A stretch of 64,000 nucleotides of DNA from Mizuhopecten yessoensis. Taxonomy: Eukaryota. Each line of letters begins with the position of its first letter. Positions within the stretch are counted from its first letter, which is position 1. The notes beneath the pieces are model-generated. The model made no database searches, was not told the origin of the DNA, and saw nothing but the letters and a program-made list of their open reading frames with translations. The DNA lies in the NCBI RefSeq assembly GCF_002113885.1, contig NW_018479988.1, positions 129,176-193,175 on the forward strand, in the 5' to 3' direction. A program made the translations under genes and the position numbers. Positions 1 to 12,940 of the stretch are shown here, piece after piece.

Positions 1-1605
1 TGAAGCCTAGTTGAATTGAATATCACCAACAAGAGCGAGCCCAGCAGAACTCTTTTCTATTTCGAGTTTGAATTTCACGTATAATTTGAAGCTAACGATG
101 AGTGGAAATTTGGAATCCTGTTTATTTTCTAGAAAAACATGCATATAATATGAAGCAATATTTGTTTATGTTGCCATATTAGGTAATTACTTCAAGCCAT
201 AATTGAGTGACGAGTAGGGAAACTGTTTGATTATTTATAAAAGCTTCTTTTAATCGTTGTTGAACGTAGTAGACAAATAGTGTCTTAGAACGGTATATTT
301 TCACATATTTCAATACATGAACACGTTAGAGAGGAAAAATATTTGCTAATTCCACACAAAAAGAATTGCATGATTTTTAGTGAAAAGAAAAAAATCATGA
401 AATTGGGAAGAGCCATTTTCATTTTCGTATCCCGATTTCAACCGAGATCTAAAACAATATTTCAATGAAACAAATATTTAAACTGTCATGTTTAACACAT
501 TTGTTCATGACAGTAAGATTTTGATTGACTCTAGACACAAATTTAAAGTTGTTGTTCATATACACTTGTGGATATACAATTATACTATACTACCCAGTTT
601 TTTTACTTTTCATGTGATACACGTTCGCGATTTTGACAAAACCACATTGAATGAAAGTATATGAATTCCATGTCTACTTGCTCTGCTATAAACTTCCTCT
701 TTTTTAACAAATCTAGTATTATATGGTGGTATCATTCTGTGTAGCCACTTTTTCAATATGCGTAACTTATTTGCGTCCCTGCCATATCAGAATCATCCTC
801 CGATGTCAATTTTTACGAAAAAAGCTCTGGGGATTTGTTTTCGTCCCGTCTTAGACTTAAATTCGTCGAGAATTGTATTAAGTATGTAGTTCATGCAAAG
901 AATCACATTATCAGACGTGTCCATGGAAACATATTAGAAATATATAGGAGGGATGTTGCTCTGAAAACCAGCTACTCTTAGATCTTGTATGGATCGGTTA
1001 GCTCATTGAAATTCTCGCCAGTAAGTTGCGGTCACCTTTGATCGCCTATATCTAGGTAATGGGACACTTCTGAATGCACTTTGATGGATGATTCGGTATT
1101 TATTTAAGTATATTACAGGTTTCGCTTATTTTTACAAATGTAAAAAGTATTCACTGTCACTGCAACCACGTCTTTTGAAATTGAAAATTTGAGCATTATA
1201 CTCGATTTAGAACAAATGGCATGGATATATTCCCCAGTACTAGCGAGGGTATAAATAAGCGGGTATAACGCTCCGACTCATTTATAAATCATTGCGCCAT
1301 TCATTTAAAATACTTGATTTTTTTGTAAATGAAATTGACACATTTTGTAAAATTAAATTTACTTTATCAATTAAATGATAAGGATTGCACAAGATAATAA
1401 ATTGTTCCATCAATGTAAAGACCGAAAACCTGCATTCTTTTACATAAACGACTTAGTGGTTTATTCAGAGTGTACTTCGGTTTTCGATCCAAACATCGAT
1501 AGACTAATTTATTATTTGATCCTATCCTTAAGCCATCTATTTATGTATTCTATAATGCAGATTAACATACGCGTCATGCGCCTAATGTGATCGTATTCAT
1601 TCCTA

Positions 1606-1748
1606 NNNNNNNNNNNNNNNNNNNNNNNNNNNNNNNNNNNNNNNNNNNNNNNNNNNNNNNNNNNNNNNNNNNNNNNNNNNNNNNNNNNNNNNNNNNNNNN
1701 NNNNNNNNNNNNNNNNNNNNNNNNNNNNNNNNNNNNNNNNNNNNNNNN
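1606..1748. other. Assembly gap (143 N)
   Basis: Run of n from 1606 to 1748. Confidence 1.
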
Positions 1749-2874
1749 TCAATCGGCTTCGTTTATTTTTATTCACATCATTCATGTAGCAAGTTTTGGA
1801 AAACGATCAGCTATAGTGTTGAAATAATTCATTATAATAAATAAATAATGTACATAGGTGTCATGACCCTTGTTCTGTTTCCTTTTCCACTGGATGTACT
1901 GTAAAATATAAACATGTATTGTAAACAATATATAAACTGAATACTGTTAAAAACTAAAGAAGAGTTTCATGAAATGGTTGTCATAATAAATTCTAGCTAC
2001 ACCGATACGGCTGACCGATAGTCCTCTGGCCAGCAGAGCCACTAACTTGTAATGAATATGATCGCTAGAAGGACTAAAGCAGGAACCAAATGATGTAAGT
2101 CGATGTAGAAGTAAACATTTGCTTCGTTGTATTAAGTTATACCAAAGCTAAACATGAGAATCATTTACATTGGTGTTCCGAAACATATAGAGAAATACAG
2201 TAAAGGTGGAAATATGACAGTGAAACCGTTTATATCGTTTCAACCTTTAAAATATCAATACTAGGGATTTTCAATAATTATCAAACCACCTGAAATAAGA
2301 ATCTTTTATCATATTGACGATAAAGTAATAAAGACGTCAGCATTTCACCCATGATATCATAGCTGATATGAGTATGTTTAGGGCTCTCAAGTAGCCATAC
2401 CTTTTAACCAAGTAGCGTGCAACACCATTGAAGATAAGTGGGGGGTTTTGTGTGTTTTCCGTGATGGTTATAAATGTGCAGGACAGTAATGAAACATTTT
2501 AAAGAAACAAATACTTTATGATAATAAGTTTTGTCAACTAGGTCATTTAAATCAGCAAATTATTTTGGCAGGTTTTCATAAAATGAGGGATAATTAAGAA
2601 GGAAATGATATCTACAAGAAAACTTTACGCGGAGGTCACTCAAAATCTCACTAAACTTCCTAGGGTTTGTTTTCCTGCCACCACACATAAAAGCCGGTCT
2701 ATAAGAATATCGCTCCCTTTCTCAATTTCTCTAAAAGGAAGATAAAAGTCATTGCTTTTAGATAGCGTTATGTCCTCTGTGTAGTTGTACAGAATCTATT
2801 CCTTTCCAAATAAAAATATATTAATTACATAATTTATGGCTAGAAATAGTAACAAATCCAAAATATTCAGATAC

Positions 2875-3018
2875 AATATTACACCACTACGGAAGTACTG
2901 ATGACACGGAAGTGCTTGATGGTCAGACGGCGCCGGACACGTGGTAGCATGCCGGTCAGTATAAATAGCAGGTGGACAACTGAGAGGTCATTCATCCGAC
3001 CTCCTCGGCAGTGTCAAG
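2875..3018 (+). promoter_or_regulatory. Core promoter and non-coding exon 1 of Gly/Tyr-rich gene copy 1
   Basis: TATAAATA at 2960-2967; Inr-like TCATTC with A at 2990, 30 nt after the TATA T; exon ends AAG|GTAAGT at 3018/3019. The same layout precedes all five copies. Confidence 0.85.
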
Positions 3019-3545
3019 GTAAGTCAATATATATCCAATCTTATATCTAAAACATTTTTATTTTGATTCTTGATTCGAACTTATAACATTCTAAAACATT
3101 TAAGGACGTTTTTATTCATTTTTGTTAACAGATGTTACTTTAAAACGTGACCTAAATAGAAATATTTGTTATGTTAGAAAGACATCTGTACCATATTCAG
3201 TAGTCAAACTTTTATCAGTGGTATGCTAACAAAATATTTACTTTATATTAAATTTGTGAGCTAATCATTTAGATCCAAGACTCCATAAAACAAATTGTTG
3301 TAGGTAGTAAAATAAACTTATTTCAACTGTTCTTTAAATGAACATGATAAAATCATAAATATAACTAATAACTTAAACGTCGTCTTACTTACCAGCTATA
3401 TTGGACAGACATTTTGTCTATAAATAAAAAGCAATTACCATTCATGTTATACCAATAATGAACAGAAGTAAAAGAAATATTTTGTGAAGAGTAAATATAA
3501 CTCCATTGTTTGCAGAATCCTCGCTCGCCCCGCCCACCAATCACC

Positions 3546-4948
3546 ATGAACAAGTCTCTGATGCTAGTGTTGATCCCCTGTCTGGTGGCTTACGTCATGG
3601 CCCAGTATTACCAGCCTGGATACGGTGGTATGGCTGGATACGGTGGTGGGTACGGGCCTGGAACCTACTACAACTACGCTGCGCAGAGCGCCCAAGGAGC
3701 AAAGACAAGCAACTTGTTGAACTATGGTAAGGATTTTATGGCATCTGTTTTAATTTCAAACTATTCTACCAACACAGGTTTTCTCAATCAAAATTTACAC
3801 ATCCGGTGAAATTTAACTGGTACTTAACTTTAAACTTAAAATGATAACTTAATATAGAAAAATCATTTTTAATGCGGAACGTAATATTTCTATGCAGAAT
3901 GTTAAAAAGTAAAAGGAAACCCTGAAGTACATAAACGAAACATTATAACTAATCTTCGCATTCCAGTTGAGAATTGATTGATTTTCAAATAATGTAATTG
4001 TCACAATCTAATTAAAACTATATCTTCACATCGCTCCCGTTTACTGATATGTCGCGTTGAAGATCTAACAACATCCCGTAGAGGGTCATGTTCAGGCGAC
4101 CTTTGCATTAACCAATCAGATGAGAGCTTACGCATTTCTGTAAGTGATGATGTAATGATTTCGGAACACACTTGCTATGATAAAAGACCGAGAGGTGTCA
4201 AATGAGCATCGAAAATGGCGGCGCCCATGACACCACGCCGTGTCTATCTACACGACAACGTTTGTACAATTTGTGGATTTTGCTTTGAAATAAGAGAGAC
4301 TTCCTTTTCTGGTGATGTTGTCGTTAAAATGTTTAACAACCTGAAACTTAAATTAACCAATGACAGGCTTCGCAATATTCAAACTATCACTGGACCAGAC
4401 GAAAAAGTGGATTTTGGGCTACGAGGTGTCTGCATTAAATGCTACAGTCCTGCTTTCTGATTGGTTGAAAGAAAGAGTTATGTCGCGTTTTGATTGGCTT
4501 GTTATAAATACGATAATGCATTCATGTTGACCTCTGACGTGACCCTTTATGGAATGTTGTTAGATCTTCAACGCGATAATCAGTAAACGGGAGCGATGAG
4601 AAGATATAATTTTAATTAGATTGTAATTGTCACTAATGAAAATTAATGCAAAAATTGGCGTTTTGGACAAACATACAGGGATACATTATAAATGCTGAAA
4701 CAATCACAAATATATCCTAGAATGTAAATAAGGGATGTTGTAAGCATAATCTTTAACAAAAAGTTCTCAAAAGCATTACATTATATCATGATATCACCTA
4801 ATCCACATAAGAGGTGACAGAAAAAGCTTTAACTTCTCTTCATATATCACTGTTACTTCACGTTAAAAAACAAATGTCTTCTGCTCCAGGCCTTCTCTTC
4901 TTCGCCATCCTCATCCTGACAAATGCCACTGGAAGTATCACTGGTTAA
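3546..4948 (+). CDS. Small secreted Gly/Tyr-rich protein, copy 1 (79 aa; join 3546..3726,4890..4948)
   Basis: Exon 2 starts 3516 after tgcAG; ATG 3546 in ACCATG context; 60 codons + G|GTAAG; acceptor ctccAG at 4889; exon 3 adds GLLFFAILILTNATGSITG-TAA. Exon 3 ends 4994 (G|GTAAGT), 3'-UTR exon 4 starts 5415, AATAAA 5472-5477. Confidence 0.93.
4004..4623 (+). mobile_element. Mutator-like (MULE) non-autonomous element in intron 2 of copy 1
   Basis: About 90-bp terminal inverted repeats (CAATCTAATTAAAACTATATCTTC... / ...GAAGATATAATTTTAATTAGATTG); exact 9-bp TSD TAATTGTCA at 3995-4003 and 4624-4632; absent from intron 2 of copies 2 and 3; internal truncated ORF 4215-4460 with CxxC...CxxC. Confidence 0.9.
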
Positions 4949-7764
4949 ACGTAGTTAACAGAAGCTTACATGCACCTTCACAAGAAATCAAATGGTAAGT
5001 CTCTTGAACACCTGATATGGCTGGTGTTTTTTTCTAAACGCTTGGTATAGCTGATGTTTATGCACATATGTGGCTCATCCTGACAAACCCAAAACAAGAG
5101 TTTGTCTGTAAGGTGGAAAATGCCTTTGCTTCCTAAAATACATTATGTATAATAAATATAAAGATAGATTCAAATTTGTTGTTTAAGATGATGGATACAG
5201 GATAAAGGAGATTATAATTGTAAATGGTGACAATATTCTAAGGTATAATGCATCAACTCTCATCAGATAGTTACGTTTATTCATGCTAGAAACATTTCAA
5301 AATAAAACACGCAATGGAATAAGACGAAACACGTTTTTTATGAATCATGTTTATATAAATAGACCGTGAACATGTGATTCACTTGTACTAAAAAAAAAAT
5401 CTTTATACTTTCAGAATTCCACAGACGTCCTGTTATTGCTGATATTGCGCGATGTATTTTGTGTTGCTATGAATAAAACTGTATTTACATAAAACTACTT
5501 TCGTTTTATTTGTAACTTTTTTATAGAAGTTATTTCTGCGTCAGATACTCTATTTCATTACAGCATTGGAAGTAGCATAGGTGCTTAGTTTGTACAAACT
5601 TAAAGTGAAATAGGTAAAAGTTTAAACGACAGCAAAATCACACCGGGACTAAAATCAGGACAGCTTGGAACTAATAAATAAAAAGGGGAATGGATAAAAA
5701 TAACAAAACAAAAGCAAACCTATCGTACATCATAAACTCTAACAAGAGAGCAGAGGTGAAAACCTGGGCCCGTTTTGGCGAAACTACCACCATATTTTGA
5801 TGATTACTTATTCAAATTTCACATAATTGTAATTAAATGAAAAGTACTATGGACAGATTTAAACTAAACAAAATACCAAGACTGTTTTTGTTGAATGGTT
5901 TTAGCGAATTACAAGACACGTGGTTAGAGATCAGATAAGAACCTATTGAAAAAATGACTTCGTTGAATACAAACGAATGTATATGTTTATCATAATGTAT
6001 TTGCAAGCAAATGGTTTGAACAAGTAAATGACTTAAAATACTAAATATGAAAAGAAAACCTTTGTTGAAAATAATGAACCTCGGTATTTCAAATACAAGA
6101 TTAACCTTAATCATACACATGAGACTGCAACCTAACGATTTGGTTATAGATACAGCATGCCAGAAATAAATATCTGCACCATACAGATAGTCAAAATTTC
6201 TGTTGAAACAGAAGGAAATGTACATATAATCCCTTTATTATGCGAATTTCAAACATCAGGGCAGTACTTATTACATACAGCTGTTTCGTCCTTCTAGGAC
6301 TCAACCAAACTACTATATTTCTCTCATAACAAAGAATGTCAATTAAAATTACACCGCTGAAACAAAATCCTCTCTCATAACACGGAATGTCAATTACTAT
6401 TACACCACTGACACAAAATCACTAGAAAACGAAGTAAACAAATACCAAATAAGAAAACAATAATTATGGCTATTTTGTAAATTAAGGATTCATCAGTGAA
6501 ATAGACAATGAGATGAAAACTCTAAACTGTGAACAATTATATATAAAAAAAAAAACAATTAAAGTCATCAACATACATTGTCTGTTGCATAAGATGACTT
6601 AGATTCAGTTATATTTTTCATTACATTTTACTTCAATATGATAACGATGTCCATAGCTACAAAACCAGACACCCTGAACACTCATGCATAACAGCTATTC
6701 TTTGTGAAAAAACACATCCGTGAATACAGTTCTTTCGTCTGCTATGAAAATGGAATTAATGTTAGAAATAATTCTTTAATATCACATATAAAAGCTTTTG
6801 TTAAATCAACCAGAAAATCATGTCTGCCGTTACATTACTTTCTAGGATAGCGATAGGATCTAAGTCATCATGTGACTGCTAGATCCATGCAGTTCTCAAC
6901 ATGAAGGAAAACACCGTACCATCCCCGCACTTCTCCTTTCGTGTTCTGGAAAGCTCCGCACAAAAGCAAATATATAGTTTTTAGACAGCTTCATAATTCA
7001 GTATATTCCATTAAGATAACACTGAAAGATCGTCCTTGCTTTCAAAGATCATACACTAACAAGATATCCCAGAGGGTTCTTGGCGCCCACCATTGTACCA
7101 TCTTCATTAGTTCTTTGTCAGTTCGATCTTTTCTCTTCTTTCCTCTAATCTGTTTGATCGAGTCATGTTAACAGTAAATGCACCTTGAGGTAACTTTTGA
7201 TCTAAACTTAATACTGATGTGTATGAAAGCCAACCTTCAAAGTGAGTTTGTCATTTCACATATTTACTAGTACAGTACTTTATGTGAAAGAAATAGAATC
7301 GATCATTGCATTATGAGAAAGATCTGTTTAGTTCTGCCTTTAGCCATTTTGTTTTTATGATCAGTCTCAAAATATTTGAATAGCCTATGAGCTAAAAAGT
7401 AATAAAAACTAAAAGTTTGATACTTAATGAATAGCCGTTACAACTTATAAGATTTACATAATTGTGTTTGTATCCGTTTTACTAGATTACTCTAAAATTT
7501 GTTTGGATTTATGTGCTTGTTCGTGAAGTTACAGCCACTGTAGCTGTACATTTTATGACGAACTGCCAACGAGTAAGATTTATTGGTTCTTACGACTGTT
7601 ACCTACGATAGCTTGATGTTCCAGGAACGAGGTGGGAATGTGCATTGATTGAAAAGAAAGATGTGTACCGCACTTTTGAAATAATTTATCGACAGGTTTT
7701 ACAGTGGTAGTATTTAACACAGTGTGGTTAATTTCTTGTTGCAGTTATAAATTCATAAACAAAT

Positions 7765-7928
7765 CTTATTTTGCCAAAGTTTTGGAAAAGATTTGAAGAG
7801 ACTTGAACCTGAACACTGTTTACATTTGGCATTTTGATCGTTTGGCATGATTTAAGTGAGTAACAAGAATGTTGGTTTGAGCACAGAATCCATGCTAGAG
7901 CATGTGAACGGTTTCATGAATACGGGCC
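7765..7928 (+). mobile_element. Truncated right end of a GGGCC-terminated MITE (Harbinger-like), same family as 63348-63606
   Basis: Aligns with 63443-63605 (…ggtttgagcacagaat.catgct..agcatgtgaac.gtt.catgaatacgggcc). Confidence 0.65.
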
Positions 7929-8458
7929 AAGAGGAGAAAACTTTGGCCCGTTTTAGGGAAAGTGTCTCTATGTACTGACTCAGAGTCTGTTCTCCAGTAC
8001 AATTTCGTGTTTCCATGATATTCTTTCAAATTTCATGTAATTTAAATGATTCGAAAATTACTTTGGAAAGATTTTATTCCAAAGTCTCGTTTCATTCCTT
8101 GTCTAGACTTTTTTTAGAGATCAGAATGTAGGCTTTATAACAGATGCCTTCGTTAAATACAGACGGATTTATTCCAAAAAGACTGTCCTTCATGTTTATT
8201 CCGTCAAAGTCAGAAAAGTACGTGGGTAACTGATGATCTGAGTTTATTATAATGTATTAACAAATAGCATGAACGAGTAAAAGAACAATAATAAGAAAAA
8301 ACAAATATGTAAAAAAAAAAAAAAATGGAATTTCTTCGTTTAAAATAGTGACCTCTTGTACCTCGGTATATCACTTGGAAATTGAACTTTAGACATACAC
8401 ATGGGATAGCAACTTTAAGATTTCGTTTTAGATACACCTTGCTAAATATGACTTGTAC

Positions 8459-8848
8459 TGTGCCATACAGCTTTTGCGTTGTTCTAGGACTGATCGGTGA
8501 TGCTAGTGACCGAAAAAATGGTAACCTAAATTAATCTTAATAACCGTTGAAACAGAAGGAGGGGTGCATAAAACCCCTTAATGATGTGAATTTCAAACAA
8601 TAGAGCAGTACTGATCAATTTAATATAAATAAGAGTGTGCCACTTCTCAAAGGGAGATAACTGTGGTCATCACGGATACGGCAAACCTCGAGGACTAAAA
8701 CATCCACCAACAGATTATATCATCTTTTATCTTGAAAAATAGACCACAGACACATACATGGGACTGCACCTTTCACCTGTTGTAATAGATACACCATGCC
8801 AACAATGAATTACACTGCACCATACAGATGTTTTCCTTCTAGGACTCA
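8459..8848 (-). ncRNA. Two degenerate type-I hammerhead ribozyme motifs about 357 bp apart (retrozyme relic)
   Basis: Minus-strand consensus from the copies at 6274, 8459, 8816, 16349, 22157 and 22508: TGCATCA-CYGATGA-GTCC-TAGAA-GGAC-GAAA-CAGCTG-TA-TGATGCA. Every individual copy is mutated or truncated. Confidence 0.6.
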
Positions 8849-11724
8849 ATAAAACTATTATAATCCTCTATCATACCAAAAAATGTCAAGCACAACTAAA
8901 CCGCTGAAATAACCCCCTCTTTCATCACACCGATGATCAATTATTCTAAAAAAAATCATCACTAGAAAACGAAGTAAACAAATGCCCAAATAAGAATGTC
9001 GACGCCAGAAGCCTATTGAATTAAGCATTTATTACATAATATGGGCATTGTGTCAGTTTAAGATTATTCAGTCGAATTGACAAAATAATAATAAAACTTA
9101 AAATAGTTAACAAACAAATGTAAGCAAAGGCAAACTTGGGGAGGTACCATTAAAGACCTACTCAATGTTATCAATTGCTATCAATTCAGTTATATTTTTT
9201 ATTATGTTTTATCTCAAAATAATAATGGTGTTCAAAGTAACAAACCCAGACATACCAATCCCTCATGTGTAACATCTATTCTTTGTGAAACAAAAACATA
9301 CGTTAATGCAATTCACACATCTACTATAGGATAAAAGTCATTGCCTGAGACTGCGAAAGCCTTACAGTTCTCTAAATAAACATATATTGAAGAAAATTAC
9401 CCAACCGTCCAAGAACTGCTCCAGTGGTGTAGTATTATTTTCTACAATAAAGCAAAACTGAAACACTTAGACAGCTTCATAATTCAGTATAATCTATTAG
9501 GATAACACTGAAAGATAGTCCTTGCTTTCAAAGATTACATACTAAAAAGTACTAAAAACTTAAAGATTCATACTTAATGAATAGCTATAACAACTTATAA
9601 GATTTACATAATTGTGTTTGTATACGTTTGTCAAGATTTTTAAGTGGTTTGAATATATGTGCTTGTTCGTGAAGTTACCGCTATTGTAGTTGTACATTTT
9701 ATGACGAACAATCGAATATGATTGATTGATTCTTACGACTGTTACCTACGAAGAGCTTGATGTTCAAGGAACGAGGCGGGAATGTGCATTGATTGAAAAG
9801 AAGGGTTGCTTATTTTTGTACCGCACTGTTATAATAAGTTGTCGACAGGTTTTACAGTGGTAGTATATAACACTGTGTGGTAGTTATTTGGAAATAGCAA
9901 ATATAATTTGTATGTTTGGATAATTGACCATGGTCATTAACAAAACTTAGAATTATTTAATATTGTTTGTAACATGTTTTTGCATCGATTTGTGTTTACA
10001 GTATGACAAGTGCTAGACCAACAAATTAAAAACATATTTTGACATATGACACGAAATGTTGTTTTTGTTTTACAAATAAGTTGTCATCTGTCATACTTGA
10101 ATATTCCTCTGCAACCACGCCTTTTGATATTGATAATTCGAGCATTATGATTATACTCGACTTAAGAACAGATAGCATGGAAATATTCCCGACGACTAGC
10201 AAGGATCTATTAATGGATTATTTGAGTGAGTGGATGAAATGAGCATGTTGAAACCTCCTCCTCAACTAGATCGGCGAATTATAGCACGCGCAAATGGTTA
10301 TTAAAATTACTTTATTTGTTGTAAATGAAAATGACACACATTTTGCAAAAAAAAAAAAAAAATCTTTCCAATTTTTTAATGAAATCATAAGGAATGGGCT
10401 AAATGATGAATCGGTGTACTTCGGTGTTCGGTTTATAACCCGATCAGAAATCTGATTTTATATTCTATAATGCTGCTCATCAATTATCAATATGAAAATA
10501 AAAATGGAGATTAACATATTATGGTTATATGCATAATAGAATCTTATCCATCCTGGATTCCCTGGCTTCCAATGCATACACTCATTCAGTTTTGTTATAT
10601 TTATTCTATTTACTTCATATATGTAGTAGGTGGTGGAAACGATCAACTAGTAATGAAACCAGTAATAATGATAAAGACAACAAAATTACATAGTTGCCAT
10701 GGCACTTGTTTTGTTTCCTTTTTCCACTGCACGTACTATAAAAGTGTATTATAAGATAAGATATATATAAATATAAAACCTTGTTCGGACTGAATTGTTC
10801 ATGAATTAAATCGGTTTCAGAATAAAGTCTAGTTGCAAAGTTACGATTGACCGATAGTCCTTTGGCCAGCAGGAAGTCGATTTGAATGGATAAATACATC
10901 AATATTTGCTACACAATATGGTCATTTCGTTCATTTAGTGGAATCAAAACCCATAGGTATTCCGAAACATATTAAGAAACACGGCAAATGGGCGAAATTT
11001 ATAATTAAACCCCTAAAGTAATCATCTTTTATGACTATGACGTTAACGTATTAACGACCTCAGAAATCCGGCCTTGACATTCATAGCTGATACGAATATC
11101 ATCGATTTGGTCGAGTAATGTAGTGAATAAGTCATTCAATGCATGGTTAAGATATTGACTGTAAATACTAAATGAGTGTAGTTCAATGTTTAGGGAGTTC
11201 CTGTAGTCATACATTTTAACCGAGTAAATTTTGGACGTCTTAAACAGGGGATGGCGTTTTCATTGAAGTATGTGTTGTAAGTATGTTATGTGTAATGGTT
11301 ATGAAAGTGCAGGACAGTACTCAAAATTTTAAAGAATAAATTGACTTGAAGATAGTTAGTTTTGCTGTCTTTGTAAGAAAGATATATCTACAAAAATAGC
11401 TGTCTAGTGTTTGTTTTAATGCCATCAACATAAACCGGTCTATAACAGTATCGCTCCTTTTCTCAATATCTCTCTTTTTAAGGTTCATAACTTTGCTCTT
11501 AGGTAACATTATGTCCTCTGCACAGTTGTACAGAATATATTCCTTTACAAAATGAAATATATCTATTACACAATTTATGGTCAGAGATGATGAAAAATTA
11601 ACAAAAATATATCATGTCTTCCTGGCAATGTTCATATACAATATTACAACACTGCAGAAGGACTGATGACACGGAAGTGCTGAATGGTCAGACGGCGACG
11701 GACACGTGATATAATCCCGGTCGG

Positions 11725-11783
11725 TATAAATAGCAGGTGGTCAAATGAGAGGTCATTCATTCGACCTCCTCTGCAGTGTCAAG
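11725..11783 (+). promoter_or_regulatory. TATA/Inr and non-coding exon 1 of copy 2
   Basis: TATAAATA 11725-11732, TCATTC (A at 11755), AAG|GTAAGT at 11783. Confidence 0.85.
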
Positions 11784-12231
11784 GTAAGTCAATCTATAAA
11801 CGTTTTATTATGGGATTTTTTGTTTGAATTTATAACCTCTAAAACATGTTTAGTTGTAAGATCGTTTTGCTCAAGTTCGTAAACCAATGTAACTTTAAAA
11901 CTTGACCTTATTGCGCTACAAGCATAGAACTATTGGAATGTTCAAAATATATATATACCAACTTCAATAGTCAAACTTTTACCAGTGGTTCGCTTACAAA
12001 ATGTTTACTTCATATCCAATATGTGAACACATATTTGAGCTCGCCATTTGAAAACATTTTGATACATACTTGAAACAAATGACGAGATCAAAGACTATCA
12101 AAGATATTTTTGTAGAAAGAAAATAATACTTTTTTATACTGTCCTTTAAAGAGATAAAACAAATATATTGTGAAGAGTAAATATAACTCCATTGTTTATA
12201 GAATCCTCGCTCGCCCCGCCCACCAATCACC

Positions 12232-12940
12232 ATGAACAAGTCTCTGATGCTCGTTTTGATCCCCTGTCTGGTGGCTTACGTCATGGCCCAGTATTACCAG
12301 CCTGGATACGGTGGTATGGCTGGATACGGTGGTGGGTACGGGCCTGGAACCTACTACAACTACGCCGCGCAGAGCGCCCAAGGAGCCAAGACAAGCAATC
12401 TCCTGAACTATGGTAAGGATTTTATGGCATCTGTTTTGATTTCAAATATTCTACCATTCTACCGGTTTTTATAAAACGAAACATAAATATCTAGAGTAAT
12501 TTAAGGCGTATTTAACTATAAACTTTACAATCCATACACAAAAGTTAAACAGAAAAAGGATTTACCGATTTATTTATACGAAAAATTATAACTCCACCAT
12601 GCTTTCCGGTAAAAATTTACCGGTAATGATGTAAATGTTATTCATTAAAATGAATGCAAAAAATAGCCTTTTGTTAAAACTGTCACAATACGCACGGATA
12701 CATTATAAAGGCTAATTTTGCCTTAAAATGAAATGAGGGATGATTTAAACATGATCTTTTATAAAAAGTTATAAATGGCATCACATTACATAATGATATC
12801 AGCTTGACCAAAAAAGAGGTTTAAATTTACATTTACATAACACGATTACATTACTTTAAACACGAACGTCTTTTGCTCCAGGTCTTCTCTTCTTCGCCAT
12901 CCTCATCCTGACCAATGCCACTGGTAGTATCACTGGTTAA
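12232..12940 (+). CDS. Small secreted Gly/Tyr-rich protein, copy 2 (79 aa; join 12232..12412,12882..12940)
   Basis: Protein identical to copy 1; GT-AG introns; exon 3 ends 12987 (G|GTTAGT); exon 4 from 13402; AATAAA 13459-13464. Confidence 0.93.

Larger units (their letters stand above)
7930..12230 (+). repeat. Segmental duplication unit: spacer, promoter and intron 1 of copy 2, paralogous to about 15812-20003
   Basis: Continuous high similarity, e.g. 8047-8110 vs 15930-15990, 8960-9560 vs 16655-17260, 10420-11800 vs 18125-19575, and near-identical intron 1. Confidence 0.9.

Noticed and set aside
1587-1844. ORFs spanning the N run
   Set aside because: Artefacts of the assembly gap.
3506-3809. 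ORF-track extensions and overlapping frames at each exon 2 (e.g. MFAESS..., MGALRG..., ...GKDFMASV)
   Set aside because: Shadow frames of the conserved exon or read-through past the GT donor; similarity among copies decays at the splice sites.
4890-4948. Firm call of a GPI-anchor signal or transmembrane helix for the hydrophobic tail
   Set aside because: The hydrophobic run is short (about 9-14 aa) and followed by a polar 9-aa tail; cannot be decided without predictors or experiment.
4992-5492. Downstream ORF starting at the ATG at the exon3/exon4 junction (MNSTDVLLLLILR...)
   Set aside because: Early TAG in copies 2 and 3 and different frames in copies 4 and 5.
10458-10754. ORFs repeated at 18164-18460
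   Set aside because: Recurrence reflects the recent segmental duplication; no recognisable protein features or splice structure.
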